A DNA stretch of 64,000 nucleotides from Geosiphon pyriformis uo1 (taxonomy: Eukaryota > Fungi > Glomeromycota), in the NCBI GenBank assembly GCA_016748015.1, contig JAAOMT010000769.1, positions 20,657-84,656 on the forward strand, written 5' to 3'. The notes under the pieces are model-generated. The model was given only the letters and a program-made list of their open reading frames with translations, ran no database searches and was not told where the DNA came from. Positions 51,578 through 64,000 of the stretch are shown here, piece after piece. The stretch's first letter is position 1. Every line of letters begins with the position of its first letter. Position numbers and translations under genes: made by a program.

Positions 51578-54500
51578 CAAAAAAAACTTCTTTCTTTTCT
51601 ATATTTAAAATTTTTCAAAGAACAATTTTTGAACAAGAAGTTTTTGTCTTTAGTTGTTTTAGTATTATTACTTTCAATATTTCTCAAGTTAATAATTTGG
51701 AAGCTGCTCTAAGTAGCAATATGTCCAAGAAAAAGTTGTCTAAAAAGCTTTTTATAGTTCTGTTAATGATATTTTTTGTCAAAAAAAAGAGTATTTGTGA
51801 ATAATATCAAGCATTTTGGTAATAAAAAAATCTCTTTGGTTAAATCTAGTCTTGGCAATAGTATATATTTAGATATAAATAACAAATCAAGTAATAATAA
51901 AATTAGTAATGTCTTAATAAGTGCTAATAGTAGTTTTTTTTTGGCTTAGTTATAATAACTTTTAAAGCAAAAATATTTAATATTAACTTAAATTGTGGTT
52001 CTCCTATTGGTATACTTAAATATAAAATAGATAAAAATGAGAAACTTTTCTCTCTTCTTCTTAATATTTCTTTGGAAAAAAAATAGATAAATTACAAGAT
52101 TGTAAAAACCTAAATAAAAGTACTCATTAAAAAATATTTTGTGTTAAATATTAATCTTTTAATTGTTAAAGAAAAGTTAATAATGACAAAAACACAGATA
52201 ATTAGAAAACTTTTTTCAACAATTAATGATTTTGAAAGAGCTATTACCTCCTTAAAATTTGAGAAAATATTAGATTAACATTTGTTTCAGAAAAAAGTAT
52301 AAATAAAACTGTATTATTAGTTAAAAAAAAAAGAATTAAAGTAAAAAAAAATCTCAAAAGACAAGAAGTGTGCTCAGATTGAGCTGTGGTAATTAAAAAA
52401 ATTTCCATAGATATGCCAAAAACTGTAAAAAATTGTAAGATTTAGATGTTTAGAAATTAATTTAAAGCTCTTTTGTTTATTTTTTCTATAGAAACAACTG
52501 CTCATAATCTTAGTGCTCTATTAAAAGGAGCTGGTAGAAAAATTTGTATCATAAATTAATTATTTGAAACTGATAACAGAGTTCACTATGCTGTGATTTG
52601 TTTTGAATTAAATAAAAAACTAGAATTTGCTTTTTGTACAGAACCAATTTTTGGTAGTATAAAACTCTTTTAGATTAGAATAAATTTGATTTAATATAAA
52701 AAATGTAGATGTTTTGGTCATTTTGCTTTGGAGTGTGATGTTTTTAGTTTTTTTAGTTTTTTATTTATAAAAATATTTAAAAAGTTTGTTTTGAATAAAA
52801 ATTGTTTTTAGCTGGCCAAATTATATGCCAAAAAAAACGTTTTTGTTTTTTGTTTTGTTGTTTTTGATGGCAAATCATAGACTCATATAGTTTTGGTGGC
52901 TTCTGTTTCTAATAATTTGTTCTTTGGTTTTTGTTTTGGCTTTTTTTTTTGGTGCTTTGGATTCTAATAGAAAATTTTCTTTCATCTTATTAGATGATTT
53001 TTTTGAATGCTTATTTGGTTTTTTTGGAATGCTCCTTAAAGCTTTTGGCAAATCAAATATTTAGTATTATGCAAAAATTAAGCTTTATGAATCTGGTATC
53101 TTTGGCACCTATCTTTTAAGTTTTATCTCTTACTGTATTTATACTATTAAATTCGAATTAAGATTTGGATATAGTTCTAAATAATCCATCTGTGTTATTT
53201 TTTTTTTCAATTGTGAATAAAAAAACTTCAGATTTAGATTTAAGTAGCTTAAAAATTCTGACCACTAAGATAAACAGTTTGAAAACAAAAATAGTGGCTC
53301 TTAAAATCTTATTTAGTTTGGTTTTGACAAAATTAGATTAATTGTGCTTTGGTTTGGGCTCTTCAATACTCTTATTGTTTTAATAACTGATTTAATATGA
53401 AAATTTGCTACATATAATGCTCAAAATATTAATGTTCCTGCAAAGCAAAAAAATGCTGTTTGTTGACATAAAAGTTAATATAATTTCTATTAGTATAAAA
53501 ACAAAGTTAAAATCTATTGCTCGATTATAGATTATAAATAAATTTGATCAAGTACAAATTTTTACATCTAGTTTAGAAAAAAGTTTTTTTAGCACTGAAA
53601 TAACTATTATTATAAACAATTTTCTAGCTTGGTATGTTTTTAAAGTAGAGAAAGTTTTCAGTTGGGTTATTTTAATAGAGCTTTTTTTTAAAAACAAGTT
53701 TGCAATTTCAATTTTGGATTTATATGCTGGCACTTCTACTAAAACAAGATTAAGTCAAGCCATAGAAATAAATTTTTTTATTGCTAAAACAATTAACTTT
53801 AGCACTTTTGTGGTTTTGAGTAGAAACTTCAATAAAAATAAGTCTAAATAAAATGCAAGTTTCAAGTTCTGTTTAGATTTAAGTTTAGTTAATTTGTTTG
53901 GTAAATATCTATTGGTCAAAGTTTATATTTAAAACTACTTGAAGAGTATTAAAAGGATCATAAATTACATTTTTGTCAGTAAGAGTTTATTATTTATAGT
54001 TGCCAGTTATCAAATTAACTCTGTATTAGACTTCTTTGATACAGATTACAAAGCAGTTTTATTTTTATTAGGCTGAATGATATTTTAAATGTCTATTTAA
54101 ATAGTATATACAAGCAGATCAACAAAAATAGATGAAAATTCAAAATTAAAAACACTGATTCTGCTAAGTAGTTATAGTTTAAAGAGTGTTTTTTGGAAAA
54201 TTATTGTTAAATATGATAAATTTTATTGATACAAAAGACTGTGGTAATTTAGATATAATGTAAAAAATTTTGAAGGAAATAGTAATGGATTTTACCAATA
54301 AGATTTTTTTTAAACATTGGTTTAATAAGTATAAATATTTAAAAAACAAACAATTATCCAAGTTTTTTAAGCTAAAATTATTGGTAATTAAGATTATAAA
54401 AAGTTTAAATTCGAATTGTTCTAGAAAAACTGATTATTTTTTTGATGTCTAAATTATTATAAATAAAAAAAAGCTTCCAAAGTAGACACCATAACTAGCA

Positions 54501-57500
54501 GTAACAAAAAAATAAATAAGATTTTTTATTATTTGTTAAACATTAAAAAAAAGTACTACAAAATTAAATATTATAAATTTAGAGTTGCTAAAGATAATCT
54601 CATCAAAATAATAATAAAAAAACATATAAAAAATTTTTATTTTAACAAAGAACATATAATCAAGAGCATTTTAGAATATTTAATTTGAAAAGTAGTGCTT
54701 GATTACCTGATAGTAAATAACAATTTGGTTTTAAAACTCTGTAAAATTAAGTCTAATATTGGCATAATCATGAAAAAATAGACAAAAAAACATGTAATGC
54801 TCAGTGTTTTGTTAGACTAATGATTCAACCAATATGCTTTTCTAGATTATATTGATAATAATACTTTTTTGGAAATAATATACAATATCAATCTTAATAA
54901 GTTTCTACAAATAGTTAAGAATCTGTCTATTAAAGAAACTGTTAATTTTTTTAATATCTTTAACAAGCTTTGAAAACATAGTAATATGCAAATATTAAGT
55001 AGTTTATTGAATATTTTCAATGTGTATCTAGAGTCAAATACAGTTTTTACACAGTAAAAAAAAGTTTAAATCTCTATTATATTAAAACTATATAACTAGA
55101 AAAGAACTTTTACTAATATTAGACCAATAGTTCTAATTAAAATAGTTTGGAAAATCTTGTTAAAACTTCTCTCAAATAAAATTTTTTAGTATGTATTAAG
55201 CTTAATGTTTTGCATAAAGATAATTTTTTAGTTTTAAAAAACACATCCATACAAATTCCAATATTTACTGTTGAATCTGTGATTAAAAATGCATTAAAAA
55301 AAGACAAAAAGCTGTAGTTGGTTCTGTAAAATATGCATAAAACATACAATTCTGTTAAGTAATATTACTTGAAAAGCAGTTTAACTAAGATCAAAATGTG
55401 TTTTTGTTTTATTAAATTTTTCAGAAATATACACAATAATTGGATTAATTGAATAATAACAAATTTTAGACTCACAGTAGGGTATATTGTTTATAATAAA
55501 CTAAATTAAAATAAAGTTTCTTATTATTACTATAGAGAATCTTTTATGATCTTTTACTTTGTAAAATTAAAAAGTACAACTATGCATATAATTACAGAAT
55601 AAATTTTAAGTTTTTTACACAAATTGACAAACAGGATTTTAGAAATAGCAAAACGTTATTTTTGGCAATTAGAGCTTTTGTAGATAATACAATTTAGATT
55701 AGAAATAGTATAGTTGCTACTCAACATATTTTAGATATAGTTAATGAATTTTTTACATTAATAATATTTTAATTAATATGGATAAAATAGTGACTATTTC
55801 TATTAATTAAAGAGTAAAAAATTCTTATTTAATGATAAGTGGATTGAATATTTTTATAGTAAAAAAAAGTAAAGTTTATTAATATCTAAGTATTTTTTTG
55901 TCTATAGAAGATTTTTTCTGTTTAAGTCTTATTAAGACATATTTTGACATAAAATTTTTCACAAATTTAGTGCTGAGAAAAACTGTTCTAATAAACAATT
56001 TTTGTATCTAATGTCTGCTGTTTTGCAATCTATAATTGATTATAGGCTATAATTTAGTCATATATTAATGAATATATATAAGAAATAAAACAAAATACTA
56101 AGAAAAAGATTAAAACTCAAGACCAATTTACCCAAAAACTTTTTCAAAGAAGCTATTTTCTATCTCAAATTATATAATTTTAAAAAATTCAAAAAAATAC
56201 AGACCGAAAATTTATTGGCTAATTTAGTAACCTATGCCAATTTAAAGAATATTCTTGGCAATTTGTTTAAACACAAAATTATAGATCTATAAGCTATTAG
56301 TTAAATGTTTTGACAATTTTTTAGTTTTTTAATCATGCTATCAATTACTTTTATGAATTGTTTTTTGGTAGGCATGACAAATACTCTGGTATTATGTAAT
56401 TTGTTTTTAAGTAATAACATACTTGATATCTTTTGGATTGGTAAAAATATTGCTATCACAAATGTTTTAGAATTAGAACAATATATGAAAGTGATAAGTT
56501 TACTTAAAAAATTTAGTATTGTTTTTATGAACTAGCTTTTGAACTGTTATAGTATATATTTACATAGAATATATTTTGCAAATAAAAGAGACTGGATTCT
56601 AGAGGTTTGATTCCTAAATGATTTAGTTTATTGGCTAAATTTATTAAAAATAGTAATCTAAATAGCAATTGTACTTTGGCATATTGTTTTATTTTCAATA
56701 GCTACTTATATAATATTGGCTTTATTAAAGAGTGTTTTATAAAAAAAAGAACTAATAAAATAATTGTTTACATGAATAATTTAGTCCAAAATTTGGGATT
56801 TATAAATACTCATAGTAGTGCTGCCATTTATTTTTAAATGCTAATATAAATATAAAAGTTAAAATTTATGACTTACTATTCTTGACTTTTGTAGAGCTAC
56901 AGACTATTGCTTTTGCTTTGGATTGTGTTTTTGTATGCAGTTTGGTAGTGTTGTTTATAAATAATCAAGCATTATTAAATTTATGTGTTTTAAACATGAA
57001 AAATGTCAAACCAAACTTTTACAATAAATTTTAGATAAAAAAAAATATATTCATTAAATTATTGTGTTAAAAATTTGTCAATTAATTAGAACAAAATTAA
57101 GAGTTATTTGGAATTGTTGGCAATAAATATACAGATTTTTTTGCCAATGCCACTATCATATTTAATTCTATACTGCTTATTAAAATATAATGCTGCTTTC
57201 TTGTCATAAAGAGCAAACTTGTCTCCAAAAATGCTTATTATTTTGTTTGAAATTTTTTTGAAGTTATTGGTTTTATTAGCTGGAAATTTAAGTATATAAA
57301 TAATATTGTAAATAAATCTCTTTACAATTTTGTTAATATGTATTAGTTTTTTAGTATATAGTACTTTAATAGTTAAATTCAGTTTGGCTTTACAAGCTTT
57401 ACTTTTGTAACACTTTAATTATATTTTATAAAAGTCTTATATTACTGACTGCTTATAACCAAGAAGAAAAAATTATATAATTTGAGTTATTTTAGTGTAC

Positions 57501-58181
57501 TGTGCATTTGGTGTGAATTAATAAAGAACTTAAACCATATGTTTTTATATATGCATAATAATAATGTCAAGAAAAATTTGATTTCAGATATTATTAGAAA
57601 ATAAATTAATTTGTTGGGTGTCTGTACTGCTAACTATATAATAATCTGTTCTTTTTGTGAAGCTAGATTCTTTAATTTTTTATACATATTATTAGCTAAA
57701 AATTTTATAATAAAAAATTAAGAATTGATATATTGAGTTTATTAAAAAATGAATTAAATAATAGATTATTAGTTATTAAATTGGTAACATTTTGCTGAGA
57801 ATTACAGATCTAACATATGACTACCAATGGCCAAATTGAAAGCACATTATAAAAAACATGATCTATTACTATGTAATAAATTCATAATTTTAGCCATAGT
57901 TAATTTAGTTTTAATATGATCTTATAAAATAATTTACAATTTTGATGTTAAGCTAAATGTTCATATTTGTTTTAATATATATTCTTATTTAAACAATATG
58001 TAGTTTGGTTTTTTGTAAAACTTCTCTGTAATAAATAATTTAGGTATATAGTGCTGTTTTAATTAGTTTGAGTAACTGGTCACATATAAAAAAACATAAA
58101 CTATATTTAATATAAAATTTTATATAATTATATGTTCTTAAATAATAGTTAAACTGTACTCATTAAACTTAATAAAAAAAA
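51578..58181 (+). mobile_element. Heavily decayed full-length LINE related to the 19290 element
   Basis: Similar 5' end (A-run then cttctttcttttct...aagaagtttttt). Colinear remnants of ORF1, APE (~53390), RT (~55100-55800) and RNase H (~56760-57150). 3' end actcattaaacttaataaaaaaaa. No convincing TSD. Confidence 0.88.
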
Positions 58182-58399
58182 TATATTTAAAATAAGTTTA
58201 AATAATTAAATATATATAAAAAACACATAAAAAAATTTATTATTTAACTTTTAAAAATAAAAACAATACAAAAATTAAAAGACTAAACTTAATTAAAACA
58301 AATAAAAATTAAAAATTAAAAACTATTTTATTAAATAATATTGAATATAAATTATTTTTTTTTAAATAATTTAAATAATTTTAAATAATTGTTAAATAA

Positions 58400-58652
58400 A
58401 ATAGTCTGATTGCTTAATGTTATTAAATTTTTGCAATTAGTTTTGGTAAGTATTAGTTGTGCTTTTTTTTTTCTGATTTGATTAATAATATATATGTTTG
58501 AATAAATGTGTAGTATTGTTTTATCTGGTCCAAGTAGTTAGCCATATATAATAAAAATATAAGTCATATTTAATTTGAGTCATTTAGTTTGGTTCTATAT
58601 ACTAAATAGTAGTTGAACTTTACTTATTAAATAAATAATAATAATAAAAAAA
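58400..58652 (+). mobile_element. 5'-truncated LINE 3' fragment (ORF2 C-terminus, 3' UTR, A-rich tail)
   Basis: Aligns with 25795-26041 and with the reverse complement of 59049-59190. Confidence 0.7.
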
Positions 58653-59048
58653 TAGTTTAAATAAAATTTATTAAATAATAAATAATTTATAAATTTTTTG
58701 TTTTTGGATAATTTAAAGATTATAAGTTTTTAGTGATTTTTGTTTTTGATTTGGTTTTTGCTATTGTAGTTTTTTGTAATATTTTTTGGTTATTTTCAAA
58801 AAATGTTTTTAGTGTTTTTAATAAAGTTTTAAATATTAAATTAAAATTTCTTAATTTATAATAATTTATTTTTATGTATTTAAGTTTTTTAATTTTAATT
58901 ATTGACAAAAATTTATTATTATTATTTTTAAATTTAAAAATGTTTTTAATAATACAATATTAAGCTTATATTTTACAAAAATATAATATATTTAATAAAA
59001 AACTTCTTAATAATAATATTATTATAAATTTAAATTTAAAATATTTAG

Positions 59049-61410
59049 TTTTTTTTTTTTATTAAGAGTTTAATGAGTATGGCCCAACTATTATCTAGAA
59101 ATTAAGACCAAACTAAGTGATCCAGGGCTAAATATGATTCACATGTTTACTACATATAACTAGCTACTCGAGCTAGTTTAGGCTATATTATATTGATGCA
59201 CCAGAAGAAAACTTACCCAAAGAAAACATCCTTTGAACAATCTCAAATAATATAGCACTATTATTAACTAATCTAACCAACCACTCAGCTGTCTTAAAGA
59301 CATCAGCCTTTATAGCAGCAAATTCATGTTCTCAAAGAAACATCAAATTAGAAAACATATCATCATCAAAAGATGACAAACTTACATAAGGACCAGACAT
59401 ATCAATGTTCTTAAAACCACACTCAGTTTTTAGAGCAACCACTTTTTGCTCTAACTTACTAACAGTTCTACTAAAGATACTCATGTGAACCAAAATCTCA
59501 TTGACTCTAAGGCCAAGAACAGAACTTGAAACCAGATTACCATTAACAAATTGTTCAAAAACTTTGACTATAGAGCCAATAAACTTAACAATAAATTCAG
59601 CCAAAACAGAAAGCTTGGCCAAATTAGATTTTAGAGATACCAGCCAAGAAAACACCAAAAAATCTACAATAGCAACAGGAGAAGCAACAGCCACCAAAGA
59701 AAGAAACTCAGAAAAAACAGGAGAAACAGATGTCTTTGCATAAGACAAAAAACCAACAAAATGTGGTTTAAACATCTCAAGAGCCTTAGAAGAGGGAGGT
59801 AGAGCAACCTTACAGTCTATGGCCAAGTGGCTTATTTCTTGACACCAAAAATAACACTAACAACCAGGAGTTTCCCACCAGATATGGCACTTTCTTAGTG
59901 TACCAGTTTTAATAACAGCAAGATTCAAATCAGCTCAAAAGCCAAATATAACCAGAGCAAAATAAAAATGATGACCAAAATCAGGAGACCAAGAAATAAA
60001 ACAAGTCTGACCACCAAATTGAGAAACCATATCACTGATTTCAAATACAATGCAGCCAGGAGAAAGGTTAACTAACTTGGCCTTAAACCTATTATGAAAC
60101 ACAATTGTTTCTTGTTGATTTATAAGGAGAAAAATCCAAACACTATTCTTGTCTACCAAAACTGACCAATGATTGAGAGCAAATGTGGCAGCAACCAAAT
60201 TCTCAAAATGGATTACTATATACTGCCAAATGCTGGCAGGTTTCAGCACAACATAAGTAACCACACCAAAAACACTAAGGGCTGCCTTAATGTCAATAGC
60301 AAACACACTTAAAGACATATTATGCAGCACAACAGCAACAGAAAGAGAGCCAGACTCAGAAGCTACCAAAAACTTAGCAATCTTAAAAATGGCAAGGTGA
60401 ACAGAACTTGTAAGCTCAACCAAAAATGCAGCATCCAAAGAGGTTTAAAAAGCAAACTCTACACAAAAAAGCTTCACATTGTCTTTTGCAACTGATTTTG
60501 CACCTAAATAACCATGCACAGACTAAAAAACAGCCTTAACATGAACCAATTTGATCTTGAAAGTAGTACCAAACACCAGAGTAGAGACTACTTATCTAGC
60601 AAACCTTTGACAACTAGAAATAGTTTTCCAGATACCACTAGATATAGCACCAGAAACTGGAGGAAAAAATAATTCAGTTTCCATTTGATTAGTCCAGTTC
60701 TCAAGAACAGATGACTTAACAGAAGGAGATTGTTTTGCTTCCAAAACCAGTAAAGATCTGTCAAAAGATACCACATTTAACAACACAGCCAGTGGTTAAT
60801 CTTGGCTCATTTTGAATAATGTGCCAGATGATGCTCTAGAAATTTCATCTAAGATCTCATTGAAAACCACAAAGGGATTCGGTATAACAATAGCAGAGGC
60901 AAGTAATTGCTCCTACTTTTCTGAACTTTTGGTTTTTTTGACCATTTTTTTTAAAGAGAAGATGCTAAAAGCACCAGATGTTAAAGCTATAGAAAAGAAT
61001 ATCAGCTTATTAACTGGTCTATTATTAAACATTTTTGGGCTCTTAGTAAGGGTAAAGGCAACACTAGAATTAATCCAAGTGTGTCTCTTTAAAGGAACTT
61101 TGACTGGTGAAAAACCAGCCAAAGATGAGAAAGTTGCTTCAGTAGCTACTAAAGGCAGCTTTTCACAATTATTGGATAAAAAAAAGGCTTCTAAAACGTT
61201 TTGCTTAGTTGTTTTTACAACAGAGAAAACTTTTCTGGTTGAAATTTTATTAGATATCTCAGAACAGATATCAAGTGCAGCTTTTTTACTCTTTATTCTA
61301 GTCATGGTCATAAAATTAAAAAGACAAAAAGTTATTTTGGCTTTGTTAATATTTATAGTTTTTAATTATAAAATTATTATTTTTTGATTTAAAAAACTTT
61401 CTGTTAGGCT
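59049..61410 (-). mobile_element. ORF1-only non-autonomous retroelement (HAL1-like) with LINE-type 3' UTR and poly(A); 5' boundary approximate
   Basis: Minus-strand ORF fragments from 61311 to ~59190 are homologous to LINE ORF1 (WSVLVDKNSVWI...RFKAKLVNLSPG...GGQTCFI; knuckle remnant FWCQEISHLAIDC). They run directly into a 3' UTR ending ATACTCATTAAACTCTTAAT(A)12. No ORF2 sequence is present. Confidence 0.75.
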
Positions 61411-62293
61411 TTTTACTACATTTAAAATTAAATTAATTTGGTTTACTGACTTAATATCTTAATTAAAGCAATTATATTTTTATTGTTAAATAATTTTACT
61501 TTTTTTATTATTAATATTAATAAGATATTAAAATTTAAATTGGATTTTTTAAAGTCAAATTTACAAATTTTATTTAATTTAATGAATTTTGTATTAATAA
61601 ATCTATATTTTTATGTTTATTAAAATATTATATAAATATTAAAATCTGTTTTATATTTTTAAAATTAAAATAAAATAAAAGCATTAAATTTTTTTGGTTT
61701 AAAAAATAAAAAAATAATTATAAATAATTATAATTAAAATTACATAATTTATTTTTGTAATAATTAAATTAATTAATAAAAAGATTATATTTTATTAAAT
61801 ATAAAAAAATTTGTGTAATATATTTAAATATTAATAAATTTATTTACATTTAAAAAAAGTTATATAGTTTATTATTAAAAAAATCAAATAAAAAAAGTAT
61901 TAAAAAACTGCTTTTTTGCAAAGCTGTATTTGAAGTTTATATTATATTTATTTATTATTTAATAATTAAATAAAAGTACCAATTATTAATTAGCTATATA
62001 ATATAATATTATTATCATGTTTTATTTTATTTTATTTTGCATAATAAGCATCTTATTAAGTAAATAAAGTTTTGTAATAATATAATATTTTAATTTGAGT
62101 CATAATAGCATTCAAAGCTATTTTTATTAATGTTCTAGTACTTTTTATGTGAATCATGTGATTTAAATCGATCCGATGATCAATGAAGACTAAATTTAAG
62201 GCAATGTCAAAACTCCTTAACATTTTAGATTTTTTCAAAAATAATAAGTTTAGCTTATTAACTAATCTGTGTAATAACCTAGACGAATCAATA

Positions 62294-64000
62294 TTAATCT
62301 GTCCCAAACCATTTTAAGACCCAGCTACGAGCTGAGACTAAGATTTCCTCAAGTTGAGAATTTTGGTTTTCGGAAGCATCTTTTGATATTAATATCTTTA
62401 AAGCCCTTTCCGCTTTTTCATAACATAGTTCCCATTCTTCAGTGAATTCACTCATCACAATTTGGAGATACCCCATCCAGACTGCAATATTCCACTGGGT
62501 GGATTCAAATTTCGAAAAATTTTCAGACTGGTGAAATAGACTTGAAAATTCAGGATTATTTGTGGCTTTGAATTCAATCCTTCCATCAAAAGTTTGTAAG
62601 CCTAAAAAGGCATACAAAGTTTCAACTGATTGATTTTTAGGATTGACACCTAAGCGTTGTAGATGTTATTTTGAGTACATCAATTTAACTGGATGCCGAT
62701 TTAGGATTTTCGTTTTTCACTTTGCTTACCTAATTTTTCCGGCCGAGTTGCTTCGCTAGTGTCTTCAACATTTTCTATACACTCTACTTCGATAGTGTCT
62801 TCATCAGATTCTATCAACTCTGCTTCGGATGTGGGTGTACTCTGAATTTTTGCAGAAGGAACCGTTGGCGGCCTTGGTCTTATCGATAAACTTCTAAAAG
62901 CCCCACCTCTGCCCAAACTCCGAGAAAAAGAGCTTCCAGACACTGCTAGACAAATAGATTATGATTAATTAGCTTAATATTTAATGAAACAATTCAACTA
63001 TGTGGAAAACTTTTCGCGAAGAAACTTGCAAACGGGAAAAATGTTTTGGCTGGTTGCGAGGCTAGGTGTGCGTATTTATGAATGGAAACAAAAATTATGA
63101 ATAACAAAAACTTACATTTCAATACAGCACTATGATCTGGGTGATGCATTTGGTCTTGAGGCGGGACAATTCTTGTGAGTTTAATAGGAATAGCAGTTTT
63201 GGTTTCCTTATCGATTGCGATAAAGCTAAGGTCAATTTTTAAAAATTAGGCCATTAATCAACATTAAAAATTTAATAATTAAATTTAGAAAACGTTACCT
63301 AGTATATCGAGTTACTAAATTAAAAGTAACACCCAAAGAAACAACCTTCTTTCTGATGTGTGATGGCGGCAAATCTTTTCCGTTAAGTTTCGAATGGTAA
63401 TGTAGAAATGAGTTTCCTTCTTCAAGATCCTGAATAAGTTTTCGGGCGGCCAATGTATGGACTTTTGAGCCTTTTAAAATAACCGGATCAACAGGTACCT
63501 GAACCTGTATTGGGCCATCAAGTGATTGAGCACTTAGGGTGATAGTTTTTAAAGGTTCGACGCCTTTTTTGAGAATTGCATAAAGAACGACTCGAGCACC
63601 CGAATAAATCGGAGGAATATTAAATGGTGCTTGAGAAATGTTAAAATCAGGCAAAATCGGTTCTGATTCTAGGATTGTTTCGTTATCACTTGAATTATAG
63701 AAACTAATTATTGGTTTTTCCTCCACGTTTTTCGGGGCCCCCTCGCTATCAAACTGATTATCGAAAATCGGTGCATCAGACCATTTGATTTTGTAATCAC
63801 TGATTGGGGGTTTTATTGCATTTTTCACCATAGCAATGACTTTCTTATCCGGTCGTTCTTCGTTTGTCACAAATTGGGCGTATCCTTTACCAGCACGAGC
63901 TACAGATTCCACTAGATGATGAGAAACGCTTGACCCAATGCCCAGCGCAAACAGTCGAAGGGGATGCTCGTTTGATTCACTCGTGGCCTTATTTACCAAT
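62294..64000 (-). CDS. von Willebrand factor A domain protein (VWA5A/VIT-vWA type), 3' part; the gene starts beyond the window
   Basis: vWA end LRLFALGIGSSVSHHLVESVARAGKGYAQFV, then VHTLAARKLIQDLE and LGVTFNLVTRYT|SFIAID, and C-terminal LQTFDGR...EWELCYEKA. GT-AG introns, e.g. donor at 63298. Confidence 0.9.

Overview
Eukaryotic, intron-rich, very AT-rich genomic DNA, most likely a Glomeromycotina (arbuscular-mycorrhizal-type) fungus. This is inferred from the expanded TKL-type kinase and Sel1-kinase families and the transposon types. A 10.6-kb block of four apparently intact genes (UMA+UBA UBAP1-like protein, RPL19, a disordered 588-aa protein, a UAS/UBX protein) is bracketed by a ~4.9-kb inverted duplication, each arm carrying an inward-pointing kinase pseudogene. 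The right arm received a full-length L1-like LINE (ORF1 RRM/CCHC; ORF2 APE-RT-RNase H-Zn finger) with a 10-bp TSD whose empty site is visible in the left arm. The right arm alone shows heavy one-directional C:G->T:A mutation in many contexts (RIP-like). Further along are a perfect GC-rich 30-bp palindrome, fossil MULE transposase and retroviral-type integrase genes, a Nextera/Tn5 adapter artefact, a Sel1-kinase pseudogene, a second inverted duplication upstream of an intact 4-exon kinase, another kinase pseudogene, a heavily decayed full-length LINE, a LINE 3' fragment, an ORF1-only (HAL1-like) element sharing the LINE 3' tail, and the 3' part of a VWA5A-like gene. All alignments and counts were done by eye.
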